Shown: positions 41,247-56,045, counted from the stretch's first letter. The stretch: 64,000 nt of DNA from Eledone cirrhosa (GCA_964016885.1 OZ024746.1:20832001-20896000), one strand, 5' to 3'. Notes: generated from the sequence alone by a model not told the origin. Translations and numbers: made by a program.

Positions 41247-43638
41247 TATAATATCATGAGAATATACCAGCTATCCATCTTCTATCACAGCAGTAAACAT
41301 GATAAAAAGAAATTATAACAAACAAGAATCTTTTCGATAATGTGATATATCGATCTGAAAGCAAACTATTCATTTTAAACCGTGATAAAAACATTTAATA
41401 GTATCCATTATGATATATCGTGTAAACATATATAAATGTATTTACTAAAATGTTGTTTGCAATGTTTAAAATACTGAGGTTAACAGTATAAAGGTTGTGG
41501 TGCAGGATTCCATTTATTTCTACTGAATACACAAAACAGTAACATTTTTCAGAATATATGTTCTCTCTCCCTCTTTTCATTTTTTTTTTTATTGATTTAC
41601 CTATTCTTAATCAGATAAAACATGCAAATGTTTTTTTTGCTCAATACTAATCTCATAAATATCCTTTTCGATTATTTGATTCATTGTTTATCACGTATTT
41701 ATGTTATCAATTATTAGTACACAATATGAATGTAACTTTGCTCTTTGGATTATCCATTGAAAATATTCATCTTCAGAAGTACAAATATTGACAGGTATAA
41801 TACATATAAGTAGATGAAGAGAATTTATGTTGTTAGCATTAGCTTAACTGTCGTGCTGTAGTATTGAATACATATTAGACATCTAGATTTAAGGCCTTTT
41901 AATATTTTGGTTTGCAGCTCCATGTTCTGAGCTCGAATTACGCTGCGTTCAGCTTCAGTTTTCATTGTCTTAGATATGTAAGTGAGCAGTCCACGAACAT
42001 TGGTAAAATCAATAGAATTGAATGGTATGGTATGGTCAGATAGAAGTAGAAGTGTTAATACTTAATTTTAACTAATAAAAATTAGTAACTGAAGGAAAAT
42101 ATGTTTATTTAAGAAACTTGAAGATTGAGTTTTGGGTTATAACGATTGATCGATAATTTTCAATTTATTTATTTATTTCTATACACACACACACACATAT
42201 ATAAATATACATTCTCGAATCACTTGTTAATATTGCTTTATTATAGTTGTGTACCGATTCATTGAAAGACTATGAAAATATTCTTTGGGAAATATTTAAA
42301 TTAGATATTTTAAGATTTTATGGTTGTTAGGTTTTTTTGTCTATGTCGAAAAGCTTCTCGCTCAGTTTTTATTAGGATTAATGTGTTATTGAATATATTT
42401 AGAATCAAGCCTAGAAAGTTCGTTCTTTTTATTCGCTGTTCGTCGTGTTTCAACGTTGCTTTATTGATTTGGGTCATTGAAAACCTTTTCGTTTGAAGAT
42501 ATCAAAAACTATTTGGGAAATATTTTAATGATGTATGTTAAAAGAATGTTAAGGTGGTTAGATTATGTAGAAAAACCTGTCTGCGGAACTCTACTACACA
42601 TCTATCAACAGACACAAGCGTATCCACACAAGTACACGCATACTCATACACGTATAGATGCACACAGAAAATATTATAGACCCAAATAACTTTAAAATAT
42701 CATATCTTTATGTTTTTTTTTAAATCAAGTAACTGAAAATATAAATGTGTTTGTTTTCCAGAAATAGAGCTAATATGTCACCAAAGTAGCAGTAATTTGG
42801 CCAAATATTATGGCATATGTATCAAATTAATATTCAGTATCAGACAGAGATTGATGTGGTGTCTTGTAAATAATTCAATAAATCTAAAATATTTGAAACA
42901 AGGTGAGCAAGTTTTTATGTATTCACGCTAAATATTAAATTTCTAAATATAGATTAGACGAATGTAAAGGAGGAAATTTAGACGAAATTATTACATGTAG
43001 TCTTATTCCATAGAAAACACAGAATATCTGATTGTGATAAGTTCGAGTGGCATATTATTATTATGATTATGATATAAAAAGGTTCTTATTTCAGTGTCAA
43101 TCTAAGGTGAAAGACGATGTAAAGTTCTTGAACAGAAATGAAGGCAGAATTTTACTTCAAGTTGTGTGAAGTATATTACTGGCGCATCTGCGTTTGTGTT
43201 TGTGTGTTCATACAAGTGAGTCTGTGTGTGTAAAAGAGAGTGCACACATGCATGCGTGTATACGGTGAACGTGTATATATGTGAGTCATCATGCGTACGT
43301 GTGTGTATACAAGTAGAGTCCGTATAAAGGAAGTTCTATATTCTGTGAGCAACATCGTATGATTAAAAGGATGAATGACTGCTATGTTCGTCTATAATAG
43401 ATGGTGGCTGTCAAAATTTTGACAGATATTTCAGATTAGCTATGCCTGTTGCTATAGCAGAATATTATATCAATGATTGTTTGCAAATTCAATTGAATGA
43501 ATCTGGCCATAGCGTAAATTCGGAAGCACGAGTTCGCCTGGTTGGCACGCCATGAAGGATAGTTCAACACTTTTTAGGGGAGAATTGCTGAAAAACAAAT
43601 GAATAAGGAATGCAAATACATAAATCTAGTTCTTAAAG

Positions 43639-43701
43639 GTTTACGGCCATTTCACGCTGAAAACACCGGTTCTCATCCGATCACCGAAGTTTAGCAGCGT
43701 C
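43639..43701 (+). pseudogene. 5S rRNA 5' fragment (pseudogene or 5S-SINE head)
   Basis: GTTTACGGCCATTTCACGCTGAAAACACCGGTTCTCATCCGATCACCGAAGTTTAGCAGCGTC matches the first ~63 nt of invertebrate 5S rRNA; 3' half (box C) is missing. Confidence 0.85.
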
Positions 43702-43748
43702 CATGAGAGTATCTTGTTCAGCCTATGGACTTTTTAGCCGATCCTCGT
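43701..43748. mobile_element. Terminal fragment of the mariner-type MITE
   Basis: CCATGAGAGTATCTTG.TCAGCCTATG.ACTTTT.AGCCGA.CCTCGT matches the MITE end (cf. 9853-9888). Confidence 0.75.
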
Positions 43749-44399
43749 CTGTCATTAAATAAGTCTCCTACATGTAATCAGTATTACCATCGTATATAAT
43801 ATTGTCATTAATGTAATCTGGAGTAAAATTACCATCCATCATCATTATTTGACCTCAACCAATAATATCATAAAACAGGTCAAACATATATACGAATATA
43901 CGATGTATGTGTCATACAAGAATCGATTCATATCTTCATTATCATGCATTTAATATTCATTAACATTTTACATTCGACGAGATTTTACCATTTCTAACTA
44001 TTCATTAGTTATCGGCTGTTATATTCAATCGATTAAATCTGTTCTTATCATTCATTAAATCAATTATATAAACTAGCGCTTGAATGATGTTCATGATAAC
44101 TTCTCGAATTGATTCATGAATAAACGCCAACGTAAAAATTAAAAATAGATAGAAATAAATACCGTACAAGCTAAAATTTATTAGATGTGAAAGTATAAGT
44201 ACGTTAAAGCAAATATCAGCTTATATGACATAATTTGTTTTATCATTGAAATATATATTGTAAATAAAACTATAATTTTACTCATTAAATTGAATAAATT
44301 AATGCATTATTCAGCTAAGGTAGTATGTATGGTCCCCTAACTCCAAAGGGAGCCGTAAAGGTACTGCATTGACGTACGGCGTTTCTATGACATTTTCAA

Positions 44400-44657
44400 T
44401 CCTGGCGGCGCCCCTCTCCTCTTCAAGTCTAATACAGCAGATTTCTTCCAGAGAAGGATAGAGAGTGAGAGAATGGAAGTGCTAACAAATATGGAGAAAG
44501 AATCGACCCAATACTAGACTGGTACGTTCTTTAACAACTCTGAAATGGATGAAAGGCAAAGTTGACCTCGGCGTGATTTGAACTCAGTGAGCAGAAACCC
44601 GAAACAATACCATAAAGCTTCCTAACCGACCTTCTTACGACGTTCAATTCGTCGCCT
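44400..44657 (-). mobile_element. SINE family B
   Basis: Homologous to 22509-22780 and 57557-57901. Confidence 0.7.
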
Positions 44658-45621
44658 ATAAGGTTGTATAAAGAAAACGTATATGGACATCTAAATATTG
44701 GATAGCTGAATGACTCACACCGAGTCCTTTTTACTTTAAATATATATAGTCTCTATATCCTATTTATAGAAATACCTTCTTATATTAAGTCTAGATTTCA
44801 TTTCAGTTTTTTTTTAAAAAGTGCCTTTTAGTTATGACTACAACAGTATTGATTTAATAATTTATGCTTATTAGTAATATCGTATCACCGACAACTCTAA
44901 TATGTACCATATTCTTAGCTATAACACCCATTCTGTATTTTATCTGTAGATCAGGTACTTTGAGTTGGGTTTTTTTAGCCTCATAATACGCGAGAAGAAT
45001 CAACCGTCTCAATCGGCTGAAATTTATTTTAATAGCTTCGAATGAAAAAAGAAAATGACTTTTTGTTTTGTTTGGATAATGTACAGTGCACACGATCATA
45101 TACACGTCAAGATGTAATTGTATAAAAACGTTAATGTAATATTTGTAATCTTTGCACGTTAGATTTTTATTCATTTCCAGCTAAGCATTATCTTTTCATA
45201 TTAAAAATTAATAATGAATGTGTGTGTATGAGTGAATGATAAATTATAAAAAGGAGTTCTAATCTCTGTTAGAAAAAAAAAACAACTGAAAAATATATAT
45301 TTTCATAAAAGCGATTTTCATAATTAATGTTAGTTCTTTCGAAAAGAAGGGAGTAACTTTTAGACGTGAGAACAAAAGTTACCTTCTTATTGACACTAAA
45401 GTGGTAAATTATCTTTAAATGATTTTTTGATGTAATTGGGTCCTCATAATAAGACATGTATATTGTCTAAACAACCACAACGAAAAAATGTGTAAATTAA
45501 AAATTAAATAACTACACTGCTTCAGTGTGAGTGTGTCCCCGTGAAACATACATATACACCAGGTCTGAACTCAAAGGAACCAAACCCCCACTGTCACTGC
45601 CACCATCTCCCCAGCAAATTA

Positions 45622-45806
45622 GGCGGTGAATTGACAGTATCGGTAGAGGATTCGTACGCCATGCTTTGACACAATGAGTTACGGCCCTTGCCATTCTGAA
45701 TTCAAATTCCACCGAGGTTAACTTTGCCTTTCATCCTTAGGGGGTCGATAAAATAAAGTACCAGTAATGCACTGCGTAATTGCTAGCCATAAGCAGAAAC
45801 AATTAT
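45622..45806 (+). mobile_element. SINE family A
   Basis: Full head, partly deleted tail; possible AGCAAAT TSD. Confidence 0.85.
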
Positions 45807-48175
45807 CATGAGCAAATGGAGGCCCACGCGCTGGTCGCCCCGCGGACCCGGTGGACAGAATAGAGAAGGCGTTTCCCCAGAGGATGGTAGATTGTTTTAA
45901 TCCTTGCTAAATGCGGTTGACTAGATTAACTAAATTCAGTGATTAGTTTTGTTCCACTCAGTTTCGAAATGAAATCATTTCGGGGAGAATTTCGTATTTT
46001 AGTATTTATTTATTTATCTAATCCATTTAAATGTCCGTATAGAGCTAGTAAGCCACACCAGATTAGGGAAAATATCTTGTACTTCTTACAGCCGAGAAAC
46101 AATAAAAAAACAAGATATTCAGGGATAAGTGAATATAAAAAATAAATAAAATTTAAATAGGGAAGGTCAACGGGAGCCAAAATAAGTATAAAAAAGATAA
46201 AGAAAAAACGGTAAGCAAGGAAAGTTGTAAAACAGCTAGTATTTAGTGGGCGAAAAAATAAGTCTGAGACGGTTGTACCTCATCTTGTTCGGAGACAGGC
46301 TATCCAAAACTACGTTGTACGATGTTGTTCGCACTTTCTTAAGACGAGAGGAGAGAGGAGGAATTTGAGGAAGATTTAGCTACTATTTCTAGCAGATGAA
46401 TTGGACTTGTTCCTGTTGATGAATCCTCATTAATTCCAATAAGAAAATACATTCTATAGGGCTAAATCCTTTCCCTGTCGTATATAAAAAAACAATCAAA
46501 TCAATATATGCATTTCAGTCGTCACCAATCCTACCCAAAAGTATGCATATCGTCTGATGTAACAGGAATCGAACAAAGAACAAACAAAACCAAAAAACAA
46601 AATGAAAATCAAATTATGTGTTGATAAATTACTGTGTTCATAACATTTCAGTTATGATATGACATTTAGACTTTGCAAACACATTTACTAAGGGAATGTT
46701 ATATAATTAACATTGTATTCAATAAGTCAAGCATAGTAATTAGATTGAAGATGTCACTAATAATGCTACAGTGAGCCAACAACTGACACAAATATTCATC
46801 GCATTTATATTTCAACTTCGTTCGAGTATATTGTTCTCGTGAGAATGTTTTCTAGCGTTGACATTTAATTTGGGAACAATTTATAGGAAGAAATGGAAAT
46901 TCTTTTGAAATATTCGATGTTGAGTATTGAGAATACTTAGCATAATGTGCCAAAATGAGGTCACATATTTACACTATTTTATTACTGCATATTGTATTTC
47001 ATATTCTACGACAAATCCAAATAATTTAGAGAAAATTATTGCTAATTTTCAATGAATTTGTAGCATTAAACACTTCACAAAGAATATATTGATTTTGTCT
47101 TGAATAAATACTTGCATTTATATGACTAATATTATCCGAATATCTTTAAAACATAAGAAATCGATAAAGTTCTATTCTGACAAAACACTTTATCACTCGC
47201 GGGGAACAGTAAAATAATTAACCAGTCATATATTATGATAAAAATTCATTAAATATAGGCGGCTAATTGGCAGAGTCGTTAGACCGTCGGATAGAATGCT
47301 TTGCGGTATTCGTTTCGGCTCTCTGTCAGAGCGGCAACATTTAGGTATATGTTTTTTAAAAATAAATGTAGTTGCTATTGGTTTCGTCGGATTAAGAACG
47401 AAGAAAGAATTTGTATGGCCCACATTGACTTAAGTGTACATGTTACTGAGACTTGTAGGATAAGAAACAAGATTGATAATCGAAATTAATTTAATAACGA
47501 ACATTAGTCAGATAGACAAGTTCTTTAAATTTCTGCTACGAGTATTTAATTCAAACTAATATTTAAAGAGAGGAAAGGCGTTGATCGTCAGATCGAATCA
47601 AGGATACGATGTTTCCATTGATGTTTCCTTTGTTGAAATTATCTACCCTTCACGCCTCCTGACAGAAACAGGTTTCAGAACTCAGAACGCACAGGGTAAA
47701 ATCAACACTTTATATTAACGACCCAAGAAAGATGAAAAGCAAAGTTGATCTCTGCGGGATTTGAAATTAGAGACTGAGCTGGAAAAATACAGAGCTATTT
47801 AAGCAGCCACCTAACACCCTAACACCTCCAACGATTCGACACCTTATTATATTTTCTTTAGATTAACACCAACATTTTTATTAAAACTAAACTTTAATAA
47901 TTGTACGTATGCTAGGATCTTTAAACACTGCTGTCTGATTATAAAACAATTAGTTCTCCTTCTGGAAACGACCGCAGTCACTGAATTATATACTCTCTTA
48001 TTTTAATAACAGCCAGATCTCCGCAACGACTGGGATTTGTAGATCACTTTTGTTAGCCACAAGATACGTTAAATACATTTTAGAAATGGATGCCCTACAC
48101 GCATTAATATCTAGAACATGTCTTATATTTTTGGAAATATACATGTATACTCCGAAAAGTATAATACTTGTTATT

Positions 48176-48225
<50 letters not shown>

Positions 48226-48229
<4 letters not shown>

Positions 48230-48740
48230 AGCGAGAATCGCATTTCGGCGGGTAGAAATTAGCGAAACGCAACTTCAATAATGTGCAGACAAGCGCTCCA
48301 TGCATATGAAGAGGATAGCAGAGCTATAAACATAAGTTAAAATGGTCATACACGCTGAGACGATGGTTAAGAAGCCATAGCCACCATAGCCAAAAAAGCG
48401 AACAAGCTAAACGGGTCAAACAAAATGAGATATGATTGAAATAGTTACCCGGACCCTCGGGAAAGATGTAATACTCCGAAATTTGGGTTTCTGCAACACC
48501 TAAATCAATCATTGTTTCTACATTAGGCACAAGGCCAGCGATTACCCAGTGCATTACTGGTACTTTATTTTATTGACCTCGTAAGGATGAAAGGCAAAGT
48601 CAACCTCGGCGGGATTTGAACTCAGATCGTAAAGGGACGTAACTATGCTGGAAATCAATAATACTGTCTGTTTATAAAAATAAAAATAAGCTTTTGGTAT
48701 AATGATCGAACAAGGCATCACTTTCTCAACGGGTTTTTGT
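48226..48740 (+). mobile_element. Unclassified repeat family X, copy 3, carrying a nested SINE A (48511-48651, minus)
   Basis: AAATCAAT is duplicated at 48502-48509 and 48652-48659; copy 2 shows the empty site (~38557). Confidence 0.75.
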
Positions 48741-49014
48741 TCATCTTTTCGCCGGAATCTCTCAGGTTTTGAAAGCACATGTGAGATTCTAAGGGGAGGA
48801 AACCCCTATATTGGCCAGTGAATTCAGCATGTGTAGTTATTGCAAAGATTTGCAAAAATCGCACAAAACGAATAAGCTCTCTACTGAGTTGTTTTTAAAA
48901 TAAACTCAAGCGATTAATCGGTCAATAGAATTAACCCAAAAGGCAAAAGAATTAACTGGTTAATCGCTTATATATATATATGTATATATATATACACATA
49001 CATACATACACACA

Positions 49015-49076
<62 letters not shown>

Positions 49077-49250
49077 GGGTTCCACTGCTAGTACCGGTTG
49101 CATTTCAGCGTACTCAATAATTAATGTTAAGTATACCCCCCCCAAGAGTAGACACATTATATATGTGTGGATATATATACACATACATGTGTGTGTGTGT
49201 GTGTGCGTATGTTTGTATATATATATATATATATATATATATACAAACAT

Positions 49251-49313
<63 letters not shown>

Positions 49314-50260
49314 TGTATATATATATATCCACACATATATAAAACAAATCGATTAGAAAACTTCCTGACATCCAAGAGAGCTGTTAAATTGGGTTACTCA
49401 CACGAAAGGTTAGAAAAGGCACGTGTATCAAGATTATTTTAAATTGATAAGATCAATAATAATTCTGATATTGCTTTTAACAGGTAAAAAGGCTTCGGTA
49501 TATAACAAAAAGGAACAAATTATATGAGTCGATATATGGATTAATATCTTCCAAGATACGAAAATAAACCTTAACACTACCATCCACAGAACTCCATAAA
49601 TATAACAGATCGAAATATATTTCTAAATTGTTTTTAGTCAATTATTGTATATAGAATTATCTGTGTTTATGATTTTTTTTATTTTATTTCCGAACAGAAC
49701 AGCTGTTCCAATGAATGATAAATTTACTATCGTATGAAAAGATAACAAAATAAAATTTCTGTATGCTTCGGTGTTACACCTCTTTCCACGAACAAGAACA
49801 AAAATGGGAAAATATTTTGTTTTATATGTTGCTTATCTTTCAAATTTAATGTATGATTTTAAGCTCTATAGAATTTTTTTTTCTTTGAAATTCAGGTTAA
49901 GTCACTAAATATGTTGTGAATTTAATGCCTTTCAAAAGAATCGAAGATTGTTTTGTACATTGTTAACAGTATACTGACTGATTTTAATACAGGAAATCAT
50001 TAACACGTCTACGGATTCAATCTGATTCTTGAGCATGTATGTTAAATTAGAAAAGCGAAGTCATTGTCCTGTTATAGAATTTATAGAAATTCTTCTTCTT
50101 CTTCTACCCGGGAGGGTCGTGGGCAAACAGTCCTCAAACACTCCAGCGGGTCCTATTCGTATTTTCTTGCGTATTTACATGTATATATATTAACACATTG
50201 GTGCAGTCTTGGTTACCCACTCTGTATTTATGCAGATGTAGCTATTATACTAATAGTGAA

Positions 50261-50376
50261 GGCGTGTGGCTGAGTGGTTAGAGAATTGGATTCGCAATCG
50301 TAAGGTTGTGAGTTCGATTCCTGGACCAGGTGATGCGTTATGTCCTTGAGCAAGACACTATATTTCACGTTGCTCC
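50261..50376 (+). mobile_element. SINE family C head
   Basis: A box TGGCTGAGTGG, B box GAGTTCGATTCC, CCTTGAGCAAGACAC core. Confidence 0.8.
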
Positions 50377-50572
50377 TTCTACCTGGAGTTGCGACCGATA
50401 TTAGCAATTGGAGAGACCAACGGAAACATTGTTACCTCGGTCCTATTTGACGAAAGTCGATCGTTCTTTTTTTTTTTTTTATATACTAATATTAAATGTG
50501 GAGACTAAAATCCAAAGAGTTTCAGAAAATCCAGCTAAGGGTGAAAGCAACTTAAACTTTAATCTGTTCTTA

Positions 50573-50604
<32 letters not shown>

Positions 50605-50611
<7 letters not shown>

Positions 50612-50908
50612 TTCAAAATATTAAGAAATATAGACATTCGTGTGATCAAGTATATTTTATTATACATATTTCAGAGGTACTGAGCTATTTACAACAGTAC
50701 GTCCTCATCAGATGAGGACGTACTGTTGTAAATAGCTCAGTACCTCTGAAATATGTATAATAAAATATACTTGATCATACGAATGTCTATATTTGTTAAT
50801 ATTTTGAATTAATATTAATAACTCCGGAAAACCAATACTGTGGAGTGCTTCTAATCTATTGTAAAACTTTATGCATTGATTTATTCATTGAACCCTGTTT
50901 AACCTTTA
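50605..50908. mobile_element. Fold-back element with 105-bp arms whose apex is a hammerhead core
   Basis: Arms 50605-50709 and 50711-50815 (2 mismatches); one-sided extension to (TA)n. Confidence 0.8.
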
Positions 50909-50940
50909 AATATATATATATATATATATATAAACACACA

Positions 50941-51363
50941 TATATATAAAACTGTAGTTGTCTGTGTGTGCATGTATGTCTTTATTTTTGCAAAGTCTAT
51001 ACAAATCCACATTTCTACTCCGATTGACTTCAAATGCATTTATATATTCCTTGCGGTCTAAAGATATTAACTGCAGCATTCATTTTTTCGCTTGTTAAAG
51101 GGGTGTTAGGCGCCGGTTATGCATCTCCGTTGCGCCCTTATAATATCTGTCTGTATTCCTGGCTGTCTGCATTACGACACTGATAAACCTTGACAAATAT
51201 GTTTTCCTTCGGTTGCAACGTTTTTCGAAATATTTACTTCTGCGTTCACAGATTGATTTTTTTAGTTTCAGAAGATCCCGTTAAGGATGAAAGCAGCGAT
51301 TCTTTGCTTAAATTTTAATCTGTTATTTTAATATATAATATAAGCGAGGCAAGCCAGCCCAGT
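50941..51363 (+). mobile_element. Possible non-autonomous Helitron/Helentron-type element
   Basis: TATATATAAAA start, TGTCTGTGTGTG tract, CCGATTGACTTCAAA motif, end GCGAGGCAAGCCAGCCCAGT (degenerate CTAGT). Confidence 0.35.
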
Positions 51364-52031
51364 TGCACTTCTTTCCCATAAACATTAACCCTTTGTGCGC
51401 CATTCATCGAACTGTAGACCAACAAATACAAACTAAACGGAGCATTGACAAGAACGATGGCAAATGAATCTTCGAAGTAAGCAGTTTCCTCCCGAGCTGT
51501 TAGTTCACGTGGGATTCTCTGCTACACCTTTTTGTAATAATACCGAACAACGTACTGCTGGTCACTCCTTCCTCCAAAAGTCGTACAAAGCGGACATGTG
51601 CATCGGGCAATGGATCACGTGCAAATCTACACCAGGCCTACGCGAGAAATTTGCAAGGGACTGCACCGACATGTATAGAGAGAAAGAGTAACTTAGTGGA
51701 AAGAGTGCGAATGAACTTTTGAGGTAAGTAGCCTACGCCTTACTGCTATTGCACTGGAACCTTCTGCCAACTTAACCTGTGACTTTCTCTTTCACATTTA
51801 CTCCAATAGGCCAAAACAGAGGAGTATGAAAAGAAGGGGCTCAACAATATTTCTATGAACAATGTATGTAGACAGCTAAACTGTACTTTCAACTTCTTAA
51901 TTTTCTCCAAATAAAACAAGTTTCCTGTTGGTATATTTTCGTGAGTTTTTAACAGGCAGTCACAAATAAACGTTTCTCATTGGAGGTGCTATTACCAATG
52001 TTCTTACCCGTGCAACGAGATACACTGCTAG

Positions 52032-52128
<97 letters not shown>

Positions 52129-52837
52129 CTATATATATACATGCAAACATACATACACATATGTGTGTATGTGTGTGTGTATGAGTGTTCCTCCGTGTGT
52201 ATGGGGTCTTGTCTGTACGATAGAGTCCTGAATAAGATTTATAGGCGTTCATTAAATCACATAAACCCCCCGAGTTAAACTGTTTTTCCCAGTCTCCAAT
52301 TTCTCTGGAATTGAGGAGATTAATTCTATTGACATACTATTTCGGTACTAGTAATATACAATATAAGTCTTCAAATCTCTTAACTCTTTTTTTTCCATGA
52401 TAAATTATTAAATGCTCAGGTACTGATGCTGATCATTGGAAAATGAACATGGTTTATTAAATCAAGTTTGAATATTAGAAGTTACAAACAATGCAGTGTT
52501 TTGTATTTGAAGTTGTTCCTGCTGGAACGGAAGCTTTTGTACGAATGTACGTCATGCAATGCCAATTATGGATTTTAGCTTTGTTGTCCATTTCTCCATT
52601 CTGGGAAGAATTTCTTCGTTATAATCAACCTATACAAATTCATATTCAACAAATTTGCTTTCTATATATTCAGTTTTCCTTTGTTAACGCGAATTTCATA
52701 TTAAGCCGTTATTCATTTAGTATACAAATATAAAATAAATTGTTCAATCTTTACTATAACACGGGAATAGTTACTGTGAAAGCACACTGTCGAAATTTGT
52801 GAAGTTTTAGCTTAAATTTGATTATATTATTCTAGAT

Positions 52838-53133
52838 AAAGCATGGGCAACCTTTTTCGAGAAGCGGGCCACATGAGATATGTCTCATCATCAGGCGGGC
52901 CGCAAGCGCTAATTTACATTCGCGCCCAAATTAAAAAAAGAGGGCGGTAATTCAGGTTGTTTTGATTTGTTTCTTCAGAATTCGTACACATTGTTTTCCT
53001 CGATCGTAAAAATGATAGAAAGAGAAATTACGACTGAAAAGTTGGGGTAAAAAAAAAATCGGAAAGATTTTCACTTAAGTGACTTAGGCGAGCCATTCAG
53101 AAAGCTTCCCGGACCGCAGGTTGCCCATGACTG
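52838..53133. mobile_element. hAT (Charlie-type) MITE
   Basis: TIR cores CATGGGCAACCT / AGGTTGCCCATG; 8-bp TSD TTCTAGAT at 52830-52837 and 53134-53141. Confidence 0.88.
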
Positions 53134-55106
53134 TTCTAGATCATAGTATTGATTTCATTAGTGTGTATCAATTTACGCATTTTACGTTACTAAAATCCAC
53201 TCAACTGTAGGTTACCCGTGCTATGGACTGTCTAGTGTGCGTGTTGGCTAGGCTCTTATTTTTTTTTTATGCATTCAAAAGAATGTTTTCATATTGCTAT
53301 GGATTCTCGAGAGGAGATGAAATGCCTGAAAAATGCAATAAACGAAGTATACAAGTCATTCCATTTCATTGATTTATACCCCCCCCCCCATATATATATA
53401 TATATATATATTTGTGCGCCCACTATGTTATTGCTGCAAACTAAAATCAAATGAAAGTAACTGGAACGAAGCAAATATTCCGTAAATATTTGAAATTGAG
53501 AAAACAACTCCGCCAACGTTTATAGCGCAAAACACAAATTAATTTATTTAGCAATCCATTTTACTCTTTTTTTGTCACTCTTTCTCTCTCTCTATATATT
53601 TGTGATAAAAATTACTTTTTGTACTCTCACAATCAATTGGTCACTCGTTGCCTTTCTAAAAACACTAACTATTTGATTCTTATATATAACAACAAATGAC
53701 CTTAATGTTAGGCACGGCAAGGAGGATGCCCAACTTTGATTAAAATACATATATATGGATGGAACCTTATTAATTGGATGATATGTATTACTATAATTAC
53801 TATAAAATAATTAGAGTAAATACGATTTTAAAGTTGCATTTTATTATATTCTGTTTTCTTCTTAGTAAGAACGATCGAGAGGTTCCCAAACCTCATTTGT
53901 TCACCGAGTGGGGTGGAACTCGTCTAATGGGACCAAGGAAACGATGTTTTTCATTGGTCTTTAAAATATTTTAATTGCAATTTAATTTCTTAAACATTTT
54001 TCTCAAGGTTCTCATAATTTTAGATTTTCTGCAAAGAAGCTCGGTGACTAAAATTGTGGAAGTAACGCTGACATTTCATAACTAGTATGTTATAAAGTTC
54101 TATCTACACTTGAATATTTATAAACGTGAAAACGACAGGGGACTTAAAGACTGCTAAATTCTAAGAGGTGAATGTTTGTCGAAGTCATACAAATTTGAAA
54201 GGGATACTTAGGATGTTTCATCCTGTTCATTTCGAAATAAATTTAATCACATTTAATCAGCCATCCATACATCCATACCTCCGATGTCCGTTACACACGC
54301 GTCAGTTATGAATTTTCATTAAGTAAATCGCCTATAACTCGTCTTCCTCATGAATTTATCCTGATGTCTTGTGAAATTAATCATCACAGGATATACAGTC
54401 AGCTATATGATCTATTTGACAGCATGAATTTAAGAAATAGGATATTCATTAGATTTGCATCTAGTTATTGTATAAGATAATATAATGATAATCCTATCAA
54501 GGAAGTATTTCTGTTCAGAGCATATATAGACGAAAATAAATTCTATAAATTATTTTGTCTGGTGTCCTACCACACATATTCTGTCGAAACGCTATTCTGA
54601 GGCATCTATTAATCATTATTGAGAAAATAGCTTGCGCCTTACTAATATATGACGTCTGCTGCAGTCAATTTTACCATCCACACCAAAATAACTTATGAAA
54701 TGTTAAAAATATTTACATATATTCTGTGAATTACACCTGAAATATTCCCTTAAGTTGTTTATAATAGTATTCTTGGAACATAGTTCAGGATGTCGATTAT
54801 ATCAGAAAGAAAATCAAAGGATATTATTAAAAAATTGATCATTTTAGGATATAATAGTCTTTGATGTTTTTCTAAATTCAGAAATAATCTGAACACTTTC
54901 TTCTGAACATAAGAAGACCAGAAGATTTCCAATTTATTTACACAGCGTATTTCCTAATTAGATTTCTGAAGAGTTCTGTTTACTTCAGAAAAGGAAGAAA
55001 ACCGTTCTATAAATCTGGTTACCGTACATGATTGCTTAGTTTGGAGTTTTGTATTATTGATCATATGGTATAAATTAATCATGTAATCAAATCAACCATT
55101 AATCTT

Positions 55107-55540
55107 CCACTGCTCAGTAATGACCTTCCGCTTATCTCTCCATAGCTTTCCATCGAGTGTCTAATCAACAATCTTTGTCAAATATATACGATTTATCTAT
55201 TCATCTTGCTCTATGATGTCCTCCGTTTCATTCTGCTCTTATGAAATTCAATCAACCATACTTTTTGTTCCCTTTATTGGTATTCATTCTGTGAAGGCAT
55301 ACAACCCAGCTCCATTTCAATGGTTTTATGAACTTGACAATGCTATTTAGTTTCGTTTCGTTTCAGTTCATAGTTTTATAGTATTTCCACGCGATTCCAA
55401 GCATGGTGACCTTGTGAGAAATCTGTGAAGCTGTTCTGAGATTGTCGTCACTTCTTTCTTCTGTTTCCACGTGATTCGTTTTTTAAGGCTTTGGGCAATT
55501 TTGCTTTTAAAAATGCAGCTTGCATCTTCCTACAAAGCAT
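55107..55540 (-). pseudogene. Highly degenerate RTE-like LINE ORF 3' end
   Basis: Minus-strand peptides TMLGIAW, IVKFIKPLKWSW, GGHHRAR and a terminal EQW follow the order of RTE C-terminal motifs (MLG..LKW.WAGH..RGRP.RW..QQW); many stops. Confidence 0.5.
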
Positions 55541-55760
55541 TTCAGATAAATGTAATGTGCTGTTTTATTATTTTTGTTTACTTGGTTGTCTCATTATCTC
55601 AAGCGAATATCAATTAATATTCATTACCAATCGAACACCAACCACCTCACAGATTCATCGCAAAAAATGAAACGATTGAAATGACAACATTATTATTGCG
55701 TCCTAGTTTAAATGAGGAATGTGTATTTTAAGTTTGATCTTCCTTGTCCAAACCGACGAA

Positions 55761-56045
<285 letters not shown>

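Noticed and set aside
43639-43701. Functional 5S rRNA gene
   Set aside because: Only the first half is present; box C and terminator are missing and there are several substitutions
50261-50330. tRNA gene (also heads at 20392, 45622 and 4612)
   Set aside because: Acceptor stems are not formed; the boxes continue into repeat body sequence, so these are tRNA-derived heads
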